Source: Nitrosomonas ureae (lineage in GTDB: Bacteria; Pseudomonadota; Gammaproteobacteria; Burkholderiales; Nitrosomonadaceae). Taken from it: a stretch of DNA of 64,000 nt. The position numbers and the translations under genes are program-made. The notes below the pieces were generated by a model. It was not told the origin of the DNA. It saw only the letters and a list, made by a program, of their open reading frames with translations, and did not search any database. The stretch covers positions 3,596-67,595 of the forward strand of contig CAMCBD010000004.1 of assembly GCA_945872825.1 (NCBI GenBank), written 5' to 3'. This document shows, one piece after another, positions 41,669-53,437 of the stretch (the stretch's first letter is position 1; each line of letters starts with the position of its first letter).

Positions 41669-42517
41669 ATGTTACAACCAAAACAGAGAAGTTTATCTGA
41701 GTGGGTAAATTTTCTCACGACAACGGAAATTCCTGTTCTAAAACAAACCGCTCGTAATCTTCAAGCCCTGGAGCAAGATGAACAACACATGTGTGCTCGC
41801 AGCATTGCTCATGTTGTTAAATATGATCCGTTAATGACAGTAAAGTTGTTACGCTATCTACAACAGCACAAACATCGCAGCCAAGAACATGATGTCGTGG
41901 AAGTTGAACAAATGATCATGATACTTGGACTTGAAACTACGCTAAATAAGGTATCAGCAAAACCATTGGTTGAAGAAGTTCTGGGACGCGACAACATGGG
42001 CGCGCTCGTTTACTTACTAAAAACTACTCATCGCGCAAATATTGCTTCTTCATATGCCTTTGACTGGGCAGTTCGTTTACATGATTTACATTTTGAAGAA
42101 ATCCGTATCGCAGCTTTATTACATGATATGGCTGAAATGCTCATGTGGTGTTTTGCACCCAATGAGATGTTAAAGATCAAAAATTTACAAAAATCAGATA
42201 AAACAATACGTAGCGTGACAGCACAAGAAAGTATTTTTGGCTTCTCATTAAATCAGTTACAACTGGAGCTTGCTGTTAAGTGGAGATTACCTAAACTATT
42301 AATTACCTTGATGGATGATAATTGTTCAAACCTACAGCGTGTACGCAATGTGGCTCTCGCTGTCAATTTGGCTAGACATTCTGCAAATGGATGGGGTGAT
42401 GCTGCTTTACCTGATGATTATGAAGGAATAGCCAAACTCCTGCATTTACAGCCAGGGGATATTATGACGATAGTAGGCGCTCACAAACAACATGAAGAAT
42501 CAAATAACCCTTCCTAA
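41669..42517 (+). CDS. HDOD domain protein
   Basis: IPVLKQT, DPLMTVKLL, AALLHD, WRLP. Confidence 0.82.
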   Translation: MLQPKQRSLSEWVNFLTTTEIPVLKQTARNLQALEQDEQHMCARSIAHVVKYDPLMTVKLLRYLQQHKHRSQEHDVVEVEQMIMILGLETTLNKVSAKPLVEEVLGRDNMGALVYLLKTTHRANIASSYAFDWAVRLHDLHFEEIRIAALLHDMAEMLMWCFAPNEMLKIKNLQKSDKTIRSVTAQESIFGFSLNQLQLELAVKWRLPKLLITLMDDNCSNLQRVRNVALAVNLARHSANGWGDAALPDDYEGIAKLLHLQPGDIMTIVGAHKQHEESNNPS

Positions 42518-42671
42518 AAACTCATTTCTACGAATGGAAAATTTGTGTTAATAATTTTATGTATTTGGAACGTAAACAATTTAGAAAATATGCAATAACT
42601 GCAGATGAAGCTCTAAAAAACAAAAGTGGTAAATCAAAAGACTGAAAGAATTGTTTAATCCATTTATTTTA

Positions 42672-42747
42672 TGGTGCCGACACCAAGAATCGAACTCGGG
42701 ACCTTCTGATTACAAATCAGCTGCTCTACCATCTGAGCTATGCCGGC
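42672..42747 (-). tRNA. tRNA-Thr (anticodon TGT)
   Basis: reverse complement GCCGGCATAGCTCAGATGGTAGAGCAGCTGATTTGTAATCAGAAGGTCCCGAGTTCGATTCTTGGTGTCGGCACCA; cloverleaf with encoded CCA. Confidence 0.97.
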
Positions 42748-42778
42748 AACTTAATATGACCAAACCCAAATGCTAAAG

Positions 42779-43207
42779 TCATTTGATTATGCGAAGATTG
42801 GGTTTGCGTGATCTTTTTGTTTGATAAGTTAAAGAATTTTGGATTGTACTATTTTGTTGTTCGTTATCTGACGTTCCTTGATTCTCCACTTCTTTATTAT
42901 CAGAGGAGAATGTTATTCCTTGATTTACTTCTTTCGCAAAAATCCCCTTAACAGCGGCAAGCGGTATCTCTAGCTTTCTTGATACACCACTGAATCGTGC
43001 AATAAAGCTAATAGAATCATTATTAATTATAAGCTCATGCACGGCTTTTGCACTTATATTAAAAACTATCTCGCCATTATTTACATACTCTATTGGAATA
43101 TCTAAATCCGGACAGGCTTTTACGGATACATATGGCGTAAAACTACTGTCAATGCACCAATCATAAATTGAGCGAATTAAATAGGGTTTCGTTGAATTAG
43201 TGCTCAT
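42779..43207 (-). CDS. sspB: ClpXP adaptor, stringent starvation protein B
   Basis: KPYLIRSIYDW, ARFSG, C-terminal LRIIK. Confidence 0.92.
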   Translation of the reverse strand: MSTNSTKPYLIRSIYDWCIDSSFTPYVSVKACPDLDIPIEYVNNGEIVFNISAKAVHELIINNDSISFIARFSGVSRKLEIPLAAVKGIFAKEVNQGITFSSDNKEVENQGTSDNEQQNSTIQNSLTYQTKRSRKPNLRIIK

Positions 43208-43803
43208 TTCCGCATTATCTTTTCTGAAGCTGATAATGCGTCAATAAACAACGGTCGACTAAATAATCTTTCCGAATACTTTAGTAACGGCGCCGCTTGC
43301 TTAGGGAGGCGAATTCCAAAATGTTCCAGTCGCCATAGCAGAGGCGCTATCGCAACATCAAGCATTGAAAATTCATCACCAAGCATAAATCTTTGTTTTT
43401 CAAAGATTGGAGAGATAATCGTCAGATTATCTGCTATCACAGTACGAGCTTTATCGATTGCTTTTTGATCTGAACCATCAAACGTATCAATATAACAAAA
43501 TAATTCTTGTTCAAAACGGAACAACAATAAGCGTGCACGAGCTCGCATTACGGGATCTGCTGGCATTAATTGCGGGTGTGGAAAACGATCATCGATATAT
43601 TCATTAATGATATTTGATTCATATAACACAAGATCGCGTTCCACAAGTACCGGCGCTTTCCCATAGGGACTCATTACAGCTAAGTCTTCTGATTTATTAT
43701 TTGGATCGACGTCAATTACCTGAAAGTCCATATCCTTCTCGTGCAGAACGATCCGGCAACGATGGCTGTATGGGCATGTAATTGTTGAATATAGTGTCAT
43801 CAT
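43204..43803 (-). CDS. sspA: stringent starvation protein A (GST-like)
   Basis: CPYSHRCRIVL, SNIINEYIDDRFPHPQLMP. Confidence 0.95.
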   Translation of the reverse strand: MMTLYSTITCPYSHRCRIVLHEKDMDFQVIDVDPNNKSEDLAVMSPYGKAPVLVERDLVLYESNIINEYIDDRFPHPQLMPADPVMRARARLLLFRFEQELFCYIDTFDGSDQKAIDKARTVIADNLTIISPIFEKQRFMLGDEFSMLDVAIAPLLWRLEHFGIRLPKQAAPLLKYSERLFSRPLFIDALSASEKIMRK

Positions 43804-43850
43804 AACTTCTATTCCCAGACTTCGTTACAATATATTCAGCAAGTTTAATG

Positions 43851-44576
43851 TCAATGAATATCTTTCCAATATTCTCTTTTTAGCGCATAGGATAAAATCA
43901 GCATACCTAAAAGAAAAGCCATGACTGTCAGCCCTAATTCCTTACGGGCATTTGCGTGGGGCTCACCTAAATAAACCAGATAGTTAACCAAATCACCAAC
44001 AAAGTTATCAAACTCTGCCTTTGTCATCTCACCTTGTTTATCAAGCACCAAGGTCTTTTGTTCACCTTTATCACTTGTTTTAATAACCAATTTCTGTTCA
44101 CCCTGCAATTGATAAAAAACATGTGGCATTGCTGCACGATCAAAAACAAGATTGTTCCATCCAGTCGCAGTGGAGTCGTCACGATAAAAAGCCCTTAGAT
44201 AAGTATATAACCAATCCGCCCCTCGCGAGCGAGCTATTACTGATAAGTCAGGCGGCGCAACACCAAACCATACCTCACCTTCTTTTTTCTGCATTGCAGA
44301 TTCCATCAGACCACCAACTTTCTGACCTGTAAATACCAGCTTGGTCAGTATTTCTTCATTAGTAAATCCGATATCACGATGACGGTTATAGCGCATATAG
44401 CTTGCACCATGACAAGTTAGGCAATAGTTAACAAAACTCTCTGCACCACGTTGTAACGAAGCATTGTCCGTTGTACTAACTGGAGCACTATCTAATGCCA
44501 TACCAGACTCAGCAGCGAACAAGTCACTAAATGGAGCCATACATAAGATAAATATAACAATTGTTATTTTCTTCAT
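43851..44576 (-). CDS. petC: cytochrome c1
   Basis: CLTCH heme motif, PPDLSVIARSRGADW, C-terminal TM. Confidence 0.95.
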   Translation of the reverse strand: MKKITIVIFILCMAPFSDLFAAESGMALDSAPVSTTDNASLQRGAESFVNYCLTCHGASYMRYNRHRDIGFTNEEILTKLVFTGQKVGGLMESAMQKKEGEVWFGVAPPDLSVIARSRGADWLYTYLRAFYRDDSTATGWNNLVFDRAAMPHVFYQLQGEQKLVIKTSDKGEQKTLVLDKQGEMTKAEFDNFVGDLVNYLVYLGEPHANARKELGLTVMAFLLGMLILSYALKREYWKDIH

Positions 44577-44580
44577 TTTT

Positions 44581-45816
44581 TTACTCTTTTACTCTTTTGG
44601 GCTCAGGTTTTGTTTTATCTATCTTGCTATACCACGGCATTAAAATAAAGAAAGCAAAATAGATGACTGTAAAGATTTGCGCTAATAAAGTATATAAAGG
44701 AGTCGGAGATTTTGTTCCGAGCCAACCCAATACGAAAAAGCTAATTACAAAAAGCGTTAGGGCTGTCTTGAAATATTTACCTTTATAGCGTATCGATTTA
44801 ACCGGGCTTCTATCTAACCAAGGTAGGAAAGCAAAGATAACCACAGAAGCAGCCATCAATATCACACCCCACAACTTTGCATCTACCCATAGAAAATTGA
44901 CAGTCACTGCTCTCAGCATGGAGTAATAAGGTGTAAAATACCATACAGGCGCTATGTGATCTGGTGTTTGCAATGTGTTAGCAGGTATAAAATTATTGTA
45001 CTCTAAGAAATATCCGCCCATTTCTGGAGCAAAAAAGACAATTCCACAAAACACCATTAAAAACACCACAACACCGACTATATCTTTTACAGAGTAATAA
45101 GGATGAAACGGTATTCCATCGACAGGGATACCTGTTTTTGGGTTTTTATTTGCTTTTATTTCAATGCCATCTGGATTATTTGATCCAACTTCATGCAACG
45201 CCAGAATATGTGCGAACACTAGAACTAACATTATCAAAGGTAATGTTACAACGTGATAGGCAAAGAAACGATTCAGCGCAACATCAGAAAGTGTAAAATC
45301 ACCTAGTACCCATTGCTGGAGAGATTCCCCAATAGTTGGAATTGCTCCAAACATACTTACAATCACTTGCGCACCCCAGTAAGACATCTGTCCCCAAGGT
45401 AAGATATATCCAGTAAAAGCTAAACTCATCAACACAAGGAATATTGCCATACCAACTAACCACAAGAGTTCCCGTGGCTTTTGATAAGAACCGTACATCA
45501 TTCCGCGGAACATGTGCAGATAAACCACGACAAAAAACATGGAAGCGCCTGTTGAATGCATATAGCGAATTAACCAACCATAATCCACATCACGCATGAT
45601 ATATTCAACAGAAGCAAATGCCATACCAGCATCCGGCTTATAATTCATGGTGAGAAAAATTCCGGTAAGTATCTGGTTAACCAGAACCAATAAGGCTAAT
45701 GAGCCAAAAAAATACCAGAAATTAAAGTTCTTAGGGGCATAATATTCGGAAAGATGTGCTTTCCAATTTGACGTTAGTGGAAATCGTTTATCGATCCATT
45801 CAATTATCTTATTCAT
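44581..45816 (-). CDS. petB: cytochrome b
   Basis: RYMHSTGAS, GYILPWGQMS, PVWYFTPYY. Confidence 0.97.
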   Translation of the reverse strand: MNKIIEWIDKRFPLTSNWKAHLSEYYAPKNFNFWYFFGSLALLVLVNQILTGIFLTMNYKPDAGMAFASVEYIMRDVDYGWLIRYMHSTGASMFFVVVYLHMFRGMMYGSYQKPRELLWLVGMAIFLVLMSLAFTGYILPWGQMSYWGAQVIVSMFGAIPTIGESLQQWVLGDFTLSDVALNRFFAYHVVTLPLIMLVLVFAHILALHEVGSNNPDGIEIKANKNPKTGIPVDGIPFHPYYSVKDIVGVVVFLMVFCGIVFFAPEMGGYFLEYNNFIPANTLQTPDHIAPVWYFTPYYSMLRAVTVNFLWVDAKLWGVILMAASVVIFAFLPWLDRSPVKSIRYKGKYFKTALTLFVISFFVLGWLGTKSPTPLYTLLAQIFTVIYFAFFILMPWYSKIDKTKPEPKRVKE

Positions 45817-46425
45817 TTACACAGATCCCTCGCTTGTAGCTCCAATTAAAAGACGGCTATCACTCAAATAAACATGAGGAGGAACAACCATATTAGTAGG
45901 AGCCGGTACACTTTTATACACGCGACCAGCTAAATCAAATTTTGATCCATGACAAGGACAGAAAAATCCGCCCAACCAGTCTGGACCCAAATCCGCAGGA
46001 GCAATCTCCTTCCTAAATACAGGAGAACACCCCAAGTGTGTGCACACACCTTCAGTAACGAGAATTTCCGGTTTGATTGATCGCGTACGATTTTGAGCAT
46101 ATTCCGGTTGCTGCGGTTTTTCTGAATTCGGGTCGGCTAGCTCCTCTTCTACTTTCACAAGCGTATCAAGCATTTCCGGAGTACGGTTTAAAACCCATAC
46201 GACTTTTCCGCGCCATTCGACCATCAGAAGCATGCCAGGCTCAAGCTTTGATATATCAACCTCTACCGGCGCCCCTGCCGCTTTAGCTCGTTCACTAGGC
46301 ATCATACTCAACATAAAGGGGGTTGCAATTGCAACCCCCGCAATACCGCCAGCTACAGATGTTACCGCGACCAAGAATTTTCTTCTGCCGCTCATTTCAT
46401 CAGGGATGCTAAAACTATCAGCCAT
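45817..46425 (-). CDS. petA: Rieske iron-sulfur subunit
   Basis: Tat signal GRRKFL, CTHLGC, CPCHGS. Confidence 0.97.
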   Translation of the reverse strand: MADSFSIPDEMSGRRKFLVAVTSVAGGIAGVAIATPFMLSMMPSERAKAAGAPVEVDISKLEPGMLLMVEWRGKVVWVLNRTPEMLDTLVKVEEELADPNSEKPQQPEYAQNRTRSIKPEILVTEGVCTHLGCSPVFRKEIAPADLGPDWLGGFFCPCHGSKFDLAGRVYKSVPAPTNMVVPPHVYLSDSRLLIGATSEGSV

Positions 46426-46641
46426 ATTCGACTATTCCATCAGTTATATTTTTCATGTAATGCTATCAATAAAAAGGAAAATCTATCTACTTCCCACCAC
46501 TTTAACGAGCAAATTTACAAACTATAAACTACAAAAGCGCGCAGTATACCATAACCATATTAAGGATTATAGAGGACTTAAAAGTATTTCAATGGAGCAA
46601 GCCAACAAAACACACACATGGCAGTCTGTTTTCTTGAGTAA

Positions 46642-49374
46642 TTATTTAACCTTTCCATGGCACTGCTTATATTTTTTACCGGAACCACAAGGACACAATT
46701 GGTTGCGGCCAACTTTTTCGTTTTGACGCACAAAAGGTTGCACTTTCTCATCTTGAACTCGCTCGTACTCAGCTTCCTCGACCAGGGATTCCTTGTAGGA
46801 ATCATGATGAAATTGTATATTTTCCGGTGATCTTAGCGACTCTGCGACGGCTTCTACCTGCTGCTCACTCTTTATTTGCACAGTTAAAAGTATTTTCGAA
46901 ACCTCGTTCTTGATTTCTTCGAGCATATTGGTAAAAAGCTCAAAAGCTTCGCGTTTATATTCCTGCTTTGGATTCTTCTGCGCATAACCACGCAAGTGTA
47001 TACCTTGGCGCAAATGATCCAATGCCGCCAGATGTTCCCGCCAATGCGAATCCAAACTTTGCAACATTACAGCACGCTCATAATGGTGCATTGGCTCAGC
47101 ACCCACCGTTTCTACTTTTGCTTGATATTGCTCATTAGCAAGCTCAACAATACGCTCATATAAATTTTCTTCATGTAACTCTGGCTCTTTCTCGAGCCAT
47201 TCCTGCAAAGGAAAATGTAACTGATATTCCGCTGCAAGCGCTTTTTCCAAACCCTGTACATCCCATTGCTCTTCAACACTTTGGGGTGGAATATATAAGC
47301 TGAACAAATTACTTAAAACATTCTCACGTATTGCCGTGATCGTTTCTGAAATGCCATGATCTTCTTCTAAGAGTCCATTACGCTGTTGATAAATTACATT
47401 ACGCTGATCATTAGCTACATCATCAAACTCCAGTAGCTGCTTGCGCATATCAAAATTTCTCGCTTCAACTTTCCGCTGAGCATTTTCAATAGCACGAGTG
47501 ACCCACGGATGTTCAATAGCTTCTCCTTCAGGCATTTTAAGACGCGTCATAATATTGGCAACACGATCTGACGCAAATATACGCAGCAAAGGATCCTCAA
47601 GTGAAAGATAAAAACGACTGGACCCCGGATCTCCTTGCCGGCCTGAACGTCCACGCAACTGATTATCCACTCGACGAGACTCATGTCGCTCAGTACCAAT
47701 AATGTGCAAACCGCCTTTGCTCAAAACCTCTTCATGAGCCACCTTCCATCTCGCATAAGCTTCATTGATATACTTTTCTTTTTCTTCTTCACTTAATTTC
47801 TCATCATGCCGTATCCGCTCTATCTCGGGTTCCGGATTACCACCCAATACAATATCCGTACCACGACCTGCCATATTCGTTGCTATGGTAATCATTTTAG
47901 GCCGGCCAGCTTGCACAACAATACCCGCTTCACTCGCATGCTGTTTGGCATTCAAAACCTGATGCGGCAGTTTCTCTCGTTCCAGTAGCTTGGACAACAG
48001 CTCATTATTCTCAATGGATGTTGTACCCACCAGAACTGGTTGCCCATGCTCATAACATTCCTTGATTCCTTGAATAATTGCTTCATTTTTTTCTTTCGTT
48101 GTACGAAATACCTGATCCATCCGATCATCACGAATCATTGGACGGTGCGTCGGAATGATAACCGTCTCCAACCCGTAGATTTGCTGGAACTCAGCAGCCT
48201 CGGTATCGGCAGTACCTGTCATACCGGATAATCTCTGATACATACGAAAATAATTCTGAAAAGTAATAGAAGCCAGCGTCTGATTCTCTTTCTGAATCGC
48301 AACGCCTTCTTTCGCCTCTACAGCCTGATGTAATCCATCGGACCAACGTCGGCCTGCCATCAAACGACCGGTAAACTCATCAACGATGATTACTTCACCA
48401 TTTTGCACGACATAATTTTGATCGAGAAAATATAAATTATGTGCGCGTAGTCCCGCATTCAGATGATGAATCAAATTGATATTAGCTGGATCATAAAGAC
48501 TGGTGCCTGACTTCAGTAAACCAGCTGTTGCCAGCAGCCTCTCCGAATGTTCAAAACCAGCTTCGCTAAGCGTAACCTGGTGAGATTTTTCATCCACACT
48601 ATAGTCACCTGAACTTTCTTCTGTTTCCTGGCGAGTCAGCTTAGGAATTAGGGCATTAATACGCACATATATTTCCGTATCACCTTCTGCCTGACCCGAA
48701 ATAATCAACGGCGTACGTGCTTCATCAATCAGGATCGAATCCACCTCATCCACAATTGCAAAATTGAGCAGACGTTGCACACGCTCATAAGCATGCGTCA
48801 CCATATTGTCGCGCAAATAATCAAATCCGTACTCGTTATTGGTTCCATAAGTAATATCCGCAGCATAAGCAGCCTGCTTATCACTATGCGGCATCTGCGC
48901 ATAAATCACACCCACGCTCATTCCGAGAAATTGATAGATTCTCCCCATCCAATCCGCATCGCGCTTTGCCAAATAATCATTCACAGTGACAATATGCACA
49001 CCTTTACCTGCCAGCGCATTCAAATAGGCGGGTAAAGTTGCCATGAGGGTTTTACCCTCACCAGTACGCATCTCAGCAATCTTCCCCTCATGCAATACCA
49101 TGCCGCCGATAAGCTGTACGTCAAAATGGCGCATTTCCAGAACCCGTTTACCAACTTCACGCACCACAGCAAATGCTTCTGGTAATAACACATCCAAAGA
49201 TTCCCCATCATGAATTCGTTGCTTGAACTCATCTGTTTTGGCACGTAATGCAGTATCCGACAAACCCGCGATGGCTGATTCCATTTCGTTAATAATACGC
49301 ACGGCCTGAAAATACTGCTTAACCATCCGGTCATTACGACTACCAAAAATCTTCTTAAGTAGATTACTTAGCAT
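46642..49374 (-). CDS. secA: preprotein translocase SecA
   Basis: [32 protein letters not shown]-terminal [13 protein letters not shown]. Confidence 0.98.
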   Translation of the reverse strand: MLSNLLKKIFGSRNDRMVKQYFQAVRIINEMESAIAGLSDTALRAKTDEFKQRIHDGESLDVLLPEAFAVVREVGKRVLEMRHFDVQLIGGMVLHEGKIAEMRTGEGKTLMATLPAYLNALAGKGVHIVTVNDYLAKRDADWMGRIYQFLGMSVGVIYAQMPHSDKQAAYAADITYGTNNEYGFDYLRDNMVTHAYERVQRLLNFAIVDEVDSILIDEARTPLIISGQAEGDTEIYVRINALIPKLTRQETEESSGDYSVDEKSHQVTLSEAGFEHSERLLATAGLLKSGTSLYDPANINLIHHLNAGLRAHNLYFLDQNYVVQNGEVIIVDEFTGRLMAGRRWSDGLHQAVEAKEGVAIQKENQTLASITFQNYFRMYQRLSGMTGTADTEAAEFQQIYGLETVIIPTHRPMIRDDRMDQVFRTTKEKNEAIIQGIKECYEHGQPVLVGTTSIENNELLSKLLEREKLPHQVLNAKQHASEAGIVVQAGRPKMITIATNMAGRGTDIVLGGNPEPEIERIRHDEKLSEEEKEKYINEAYARWKVAHEEVLSKGGLHIIGTERHESRRVDNQLRGRSGRQGDPGSSRFYLSLEDPLLRIFASDRVANIMTRLKMPEGEAIEHPWVTRAIENAQRKVEARNFDMRKQLLEFDDVANDQRNVIYQQRNGLLEEDHGISETITAIRENVLSNLFSLYIPPQSVEEQWDVQGLEKALAAEYQLHFPLQEWLEKEPELHEENLYERIVELANEQYQAKVETVGAEPMHHYERAVMLQSLDSHWREHLAALDHLRQGIHLRGYAQKNPKQEYKREAFELFTNMLEEIKNEVSKILLTVQIKSEQQVEAVAESLRSPENIQFHHDSYKESLVEEAEYERVQDEKVQPFVRQNEKVGRNQLCPCGSGKKYKQCHGKVK

Positions 49375-49409
49375 AGTGTCTCTAGAAATTCTATTTAAAC
49401 AATTAGTTT

Positions 49410-49440
49410 AAAAAACAAAGGGTGAGATTTTACCTCACCC
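49410..49440 (-). terminator. putative intrinsic terminator between the M23 gene and secA
   Basis: minus strand GGGTGAG-GTAAAAT-CTCACCC followed by TTTGTTTTTT. Confidence 0.55.
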
Positions 49441-49625
49441 ACAGAAATACTTTAATGAATTATTAACTAAATTTAAAACATTTATAGGGTGAACTAAAAT
49501 CTCTTGGTATAAAACGAAACTCACCGCCAAAGGCTACTCAATATTTAAGATGCGCAACGATGAACTGAAGACTACTCAACAATAAAGATTCGTGCACGAA
49601 TAATCAGCATTTCCTTAAATTCGGT

Positions 49626-50543
49626 TTAGCTCGTTTTTTTCAGAAACTTGGATGGATTAAGCGGTTTGTCTCTATGTCTTATCTCGAAATGCAGATGCGC
49701 TCCTGTAGAGCGCCCCGTATTGCCTACTTCAGCTATCTTCTGCCCCTGCAATACGACTTGTCCCAGTTCTACCAAACGTTTCGACGCGTGCGCATAACGG
49801 CTCACCAAATCATCTCCATGATCAATCTCAATCATATTACCATATTCAGCGTGTCGATCTGAATAGACCACCACGCCACCGGCCGCGGCTTTTATCGGTG
49901 TGCCTATCTCAGCAGAAAAATCCACACCTTCATGAAATGCTCTCTTCCCTGTAAATGGATCAATTCGGTATCCATAGCCAGAAGAATACCAATCTGTTTC
50001 AACTGGCATTTCAGAAGGCAGAACATATTTTGTTAACCTATCATGACGCAATAAAGAATCTAGTGCACCCAGCTTATCTGTCCTTTCATCCAACATATCC
50101 GATAATTCCTGGAGCTTATGATTAAATTCAGTAAACGTTAATTCTTCAGACGAATGATCAGTCCGTGCGCCACCTTGCCCCGGCACTGCATTAAATAAGA
50201 AATCTCGCGACTTGATGCCGGAAGATTCTGCCAAACGCTCACCCAGCGCGTCTAAACTTAATAATTGCGCCTGCATTTGGCCCAACTTAATGGCCATTAT
50301 ATTTAAATTATCTTGCAAATGAGTTTGAATTTTTTGATGTCTTTCCTCTTGAGGATTGACTAATACCGCTCTTAAAACTGGCGCATCGATCCGATCAGCG
50401 TAGCGCAGTGAAACAAAGTTTAAACTCAGTGCTAATGTTACGATAACGAATAGAAAAGTACTTATTAATAATGTAATGTGTAGCCTAGTTAATGTTATCT
50501 TTCTCGCTCGCTCTGATTTATCAGAAATAAAAATAATATTCAT
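49626..50543 (-). CDS. M23 family peptidase
   Basis: HEGVD, YAH, HLHFE motifs; N-terminal TM and coiled coil. Confidence 0.9.
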   Translation of the reverse strand: MNIIFISDKSERARKITLTRLHITLLISTFLFVIVTLALSLNFVSLRYADRIDAPVLRAVLVNPQEERHQKIQTHLQDNLNIMAIKLGQMQAQLLSLDALGERLAESSGIKSRDFLFNAVPGQGGARTDHSSEELTFTEFNHKLQELSDMLDERTDKLGALDSLLRHDRLTKYVLPSEMPVETDWYSSGYGYRIDPFTGKRAFHEGVDFSAEIGTPIKAAAGGVVVYSDRHAEYGNMIEIDHGDDLVSRYAHASKRLVELGQVVLQGQKIAEVGNTGRSTGAHLHFEIRHRDKPLNPSKFLKKTS

Positions 50544-50578
50544 ATTTTTTATTCATTGGATATTTTTTAAATAACCAC

Positions 50579-51043
50579 ATGACCTCTTATAAAGTTAATT
50601 CTTATCTTAATCTTCTTGGCAAGACGCCTGAATATGAAAACTTATTCTCTTTAGCTCATCAATTATATGCAGATCAATTAATCTTCTCTAAACTTGTTCC
50701 TCCGCAATTAGCGCAGCATTGCACCCTGAGTCGAACTTCGAATGGCAGGCTGACAATAATGGCTGAGAATGGCGCTATTGCTTCAAAACTTAAGCAAATT
50801 TCACCATCCGTGTTGCTCAAGCTACAGGAACTAGGATGGGAAGTTACTTCAATTCAAATTTTGGTGCAAGCACATAACTTTGCTAAAAACACCAAAACAC
50901 TTGCAGACAAAGGATATACCAAGGAAAAATTAAAATTGAGTCAGACCGGAAAAGATTGTTTAAGTCAATTAGCCACCACACTACCTGATTCTGAGCTAAA
51001 AAACACTATCCAGTCATTTATAAAAAAACACAAAAACGATTAA
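50579..51043 (+). CDS. DciA/DUF721 family protein
   Basis: ASKLKQ..P.VL motif; usual position divergent from the M23-secA genes. Confidence 0.75.
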   Translation: MTSYKVNSYLNLLGKTPEYENLFSLAHQLYADQLIFSKLVPPQLAQHCTLSRTSNGRLTIMAENGAIASKLKQISPSVLLKLQELGWEVTSIQILVQAHNFAKNTKTLADKGYTKEKLKLSQTGKDCLSQLATTLPDSELKNTIQSFIKKHKND

Positions 51044-51328
51044 ATCTCATCACTTCCTCTTTTTAAATAGCCGCAGCATTCTGAAGCCCTGTCAACAGCT
51101 CCAGACGGTCTCCGAAATAGGCCGGCACTATTTTTGACAACAATTGTCTACTGCTTTTTATCTTTAGCAAACGTCTCGTATATAATGCTGAATTGTTGAT
51201 CAGGTTTATACATTACAAAAAAACTTTCATGAATTGTATGTCAAAACCTTTAATTTCCCGATGATAGCTCAATCTCTCCCGATGCAGTTCTGTTCAAACT
51301 ATCCGACCGTAATGATAAAAACAATCTT

Positions 51329-53185
51329 ATGAATGTTTTTTACGAAGAAGCTGGGGCCTTTAAGGTAGGCGCCATACTGGCTGACAACAATACCTCGTTA
51401 CAAATAGAAGCGGTGCATGGCAAACGTTCAAAGATTAAAGCAACGTCAGTGCTATTCCGATTTGATGCGCCGCCTTTATCCGAATTCATGAATCATGTGC
51501 AAACAATAGCCGATGAATTGGATCCGGACTTTCTCTGGGAATGCTGCACACAGGATACAGAATTTACCAGCGATGCCCTGGCAGCTGATTACTTTGGCCA
51601 TACACCCAGTCCGGTTGAAGCTGCTGCTACATTGCTGCTGCTGCAGAACGCGCCGATGTATTTCTATAAAAAAGGGCACGGACGCTACAAAGCCGCGCCA
51701 CCGGATGCACTTAAAGCGGCTTTAGCCGGCCAGGAAAGAAAGCGCCTACAAGCAGCACAACAAGCCTGCTATGTGGAACAATTAAATCAGTTTGTATTGC
51801 CCAACGAATTTAAACCACGTATTCCTAATTTACTCTACAAACCGGATAAAAACTCGGTTGAGTGGAAAGCACTCGAAGCAGTCTGTACAGAAAAAAAACT
51901 CACCATCGTGAAACTGATGGAAAAGTGTGGTGCCATTCCGTCCTCACACGATTACCATTTCAATCAGTTTATCTGGGAATATTTCCCTGAAGGCATCGAC
52001 TTTGGCGAACTCGAGTCGCACCCAGCATCGAACGATTTTTCCGATTTACCCATCGCAAATGTAGCTGCATTCAGTATCGATGATGCCTCAACAACAGAAA
52101 TTGATGATGCTTTTTCTGTTACACCCTTAGCATTTGGCAGTTTCCGCATCGGCATACATATTGCAGCGCCGGCGCTGGGAATCGATCCCGAGTCAATGCT
52201 CGATAAAGCCGCCTCATCGCGCCTATCGACGGTTTATCTGCCCGGAAACAAAATCACCATGCTACCGGATGTCACCATCAATCACTTCACATTAGCAGAA
52301 AACCGGTTGTGCCCTGTGCTGTCCCTGTATCTTGATGTATCGGATGATTTTACCGTCAAAAGCACAGCAAGCCGGATTGAGAAAATAAAAATCACAGCAA
52401 ACTTACGTCACAATTCACTCGAGCAGTATTTCAATGAAACCACATTAAGCAAAGGCGATTTTGAACACACCTTTAGCAAGGAATTAAGCCTGTTGTGGAA
52501 ATTTGCCTGCAAGATGGAAAATCAACGCGGCAAAGCAAGTGATACGAATAATGACAAAATTGATTATAGTTTTGAAATCAAAAATGACCACATCACAATC
52601 AGCGAACGCCGGCGCGGATCGCCTATTGATAAAGTCGTGTCTGAACTGATGATTTATGTCAATACGGAATGGGGGAAACAATTGACCGACGCGGGCATTA
52701 CCGGCATCTTTCGCAGTCAAGCCAATGGCAAGGTCAAGATGAGCACATCGCCCGCCCCTCACCAGGGACTGGGTGTCTCGCAATATGCCTGGAGCAGTTC
52801 CCCCATGAGACGTTATGTTGATCTGATTAATCAGCGGCAACTCATTGCCATGTTACGCTCTGAACCGCCACACTATAGCAAAGAGAGCACCAGTCTTTTA
52901 ATCGCGATGCGAGACTTTGAAACAGCCTATGGGATTTATAGCGAATTCCAGCGGGCGATGGAACGTTATTGGTGTTTGCGCTGGTTATTGCAGGAAAAAA
53001 TTCAAATCATTAACGCACAGGTCATTAAAGAAAATTTAGTGAAATTTGATCATATTCCATTCGTCACACGGGTACCTTCACTCCCCGAGATGGCACCGAG
53101 TACTTACGTCAAACTTAAATTATCTGGAGTCGATCTGCTAGAGCGCAGCTTGCACGCAGAATTCCTGCAAAAACAGGATGCATAA
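51329..53185 (+). CDS. RNB-domain exoribonuclease (RNase II family)
   Basis: SIDDASTTEIDDA, IHIAAP, SSPMRRYVDL. Confidence 0.9.
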   Translation: MNVFYEEAGAFKVGAILADNNTSLQIEAVHGKRSKIKATSVLFRFDAPPLSEFMNHVQTIADELDPDFLWECCTQDTEFTSDALAADYFGHTPSPVEAAATLLLLQNAPMYFYKKGHGRYKAAPPDALKAALAGQERKRLQAAQQACYVEQLNQFVLPNEFKPRIPNLLYKPDKNSVEWKALEAVCTEKKLTIVKLMEKCGAIPSSHDYHFNQFIWEYFPEGIDFGELESHPASNDFSDLPIANVAAFSIDDASTTEIDDAFSVTPLAFGSFRIGIHIAAPALGIDPESMLDKAASSRLSTVYLPGNKITMLPDVTINHFTLAENRLCPVLSLYLDVSDDFTVKSTASRIEKIKITANLRHNSLEQYFNETTLSKGDFEHTFSKELSLLWKFACKMENQRGKASDTNNDKIDYSFEIKNDHITISERRRGSPIDKVVSELMIYVNTEWGKQLTDAGITGIFRSQANGKVKMSTSPAPHQGLGVSQYAWSSSPMRRYVDLINQRQLIAMLRSEPPHYSKESTSLLIAMRDFETAYGIYSEFQRAMERYWCLRWLLQEKIQIINAQVIKENLVKFDHIPFVTRVPSLPEMAPSTYVKLKLSGVDLLERSLHAEFLQKQDA

Positions 53186-53243
53186 GCTATTCTCCAAATT
53201 TATGATGCATCTGTTTCCTAAAATAATATAATTGCATGAACTA

Positions 53244-53405
53244 GGAGTCTGTCGGACTTAAGCAATCGTAGCGAGTCGAGTGGAAGAATGAGTGCATATT
53301 TTCTCTATTTTGAGGCGCATAGTCGATCTATGCAACGAGAAACTGAGGAAATATGAACCGTTATCCCACTGGCGCAGTAGATTGACCTTAAGTCCGACAG
53401 ACTCC
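53244..53405. mobile_element. 162-bp MITE, copy 2
   Basis: perfect 19-bp terminal inverted repeats; flanks cTA...TAg, consistent with TA duplication at a CTAG target. Confidence 0.9.
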
Positions 53406-53437
53406 TAGCTAAGACTTAATTTTCAAGGTTTAACCCT

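Noticed and set aside
42672-42747. tRNA-Thr as an island integration site
   Set aside because: No integrase and no duplicated tRNA 3' end are visible; flanking genes are core.
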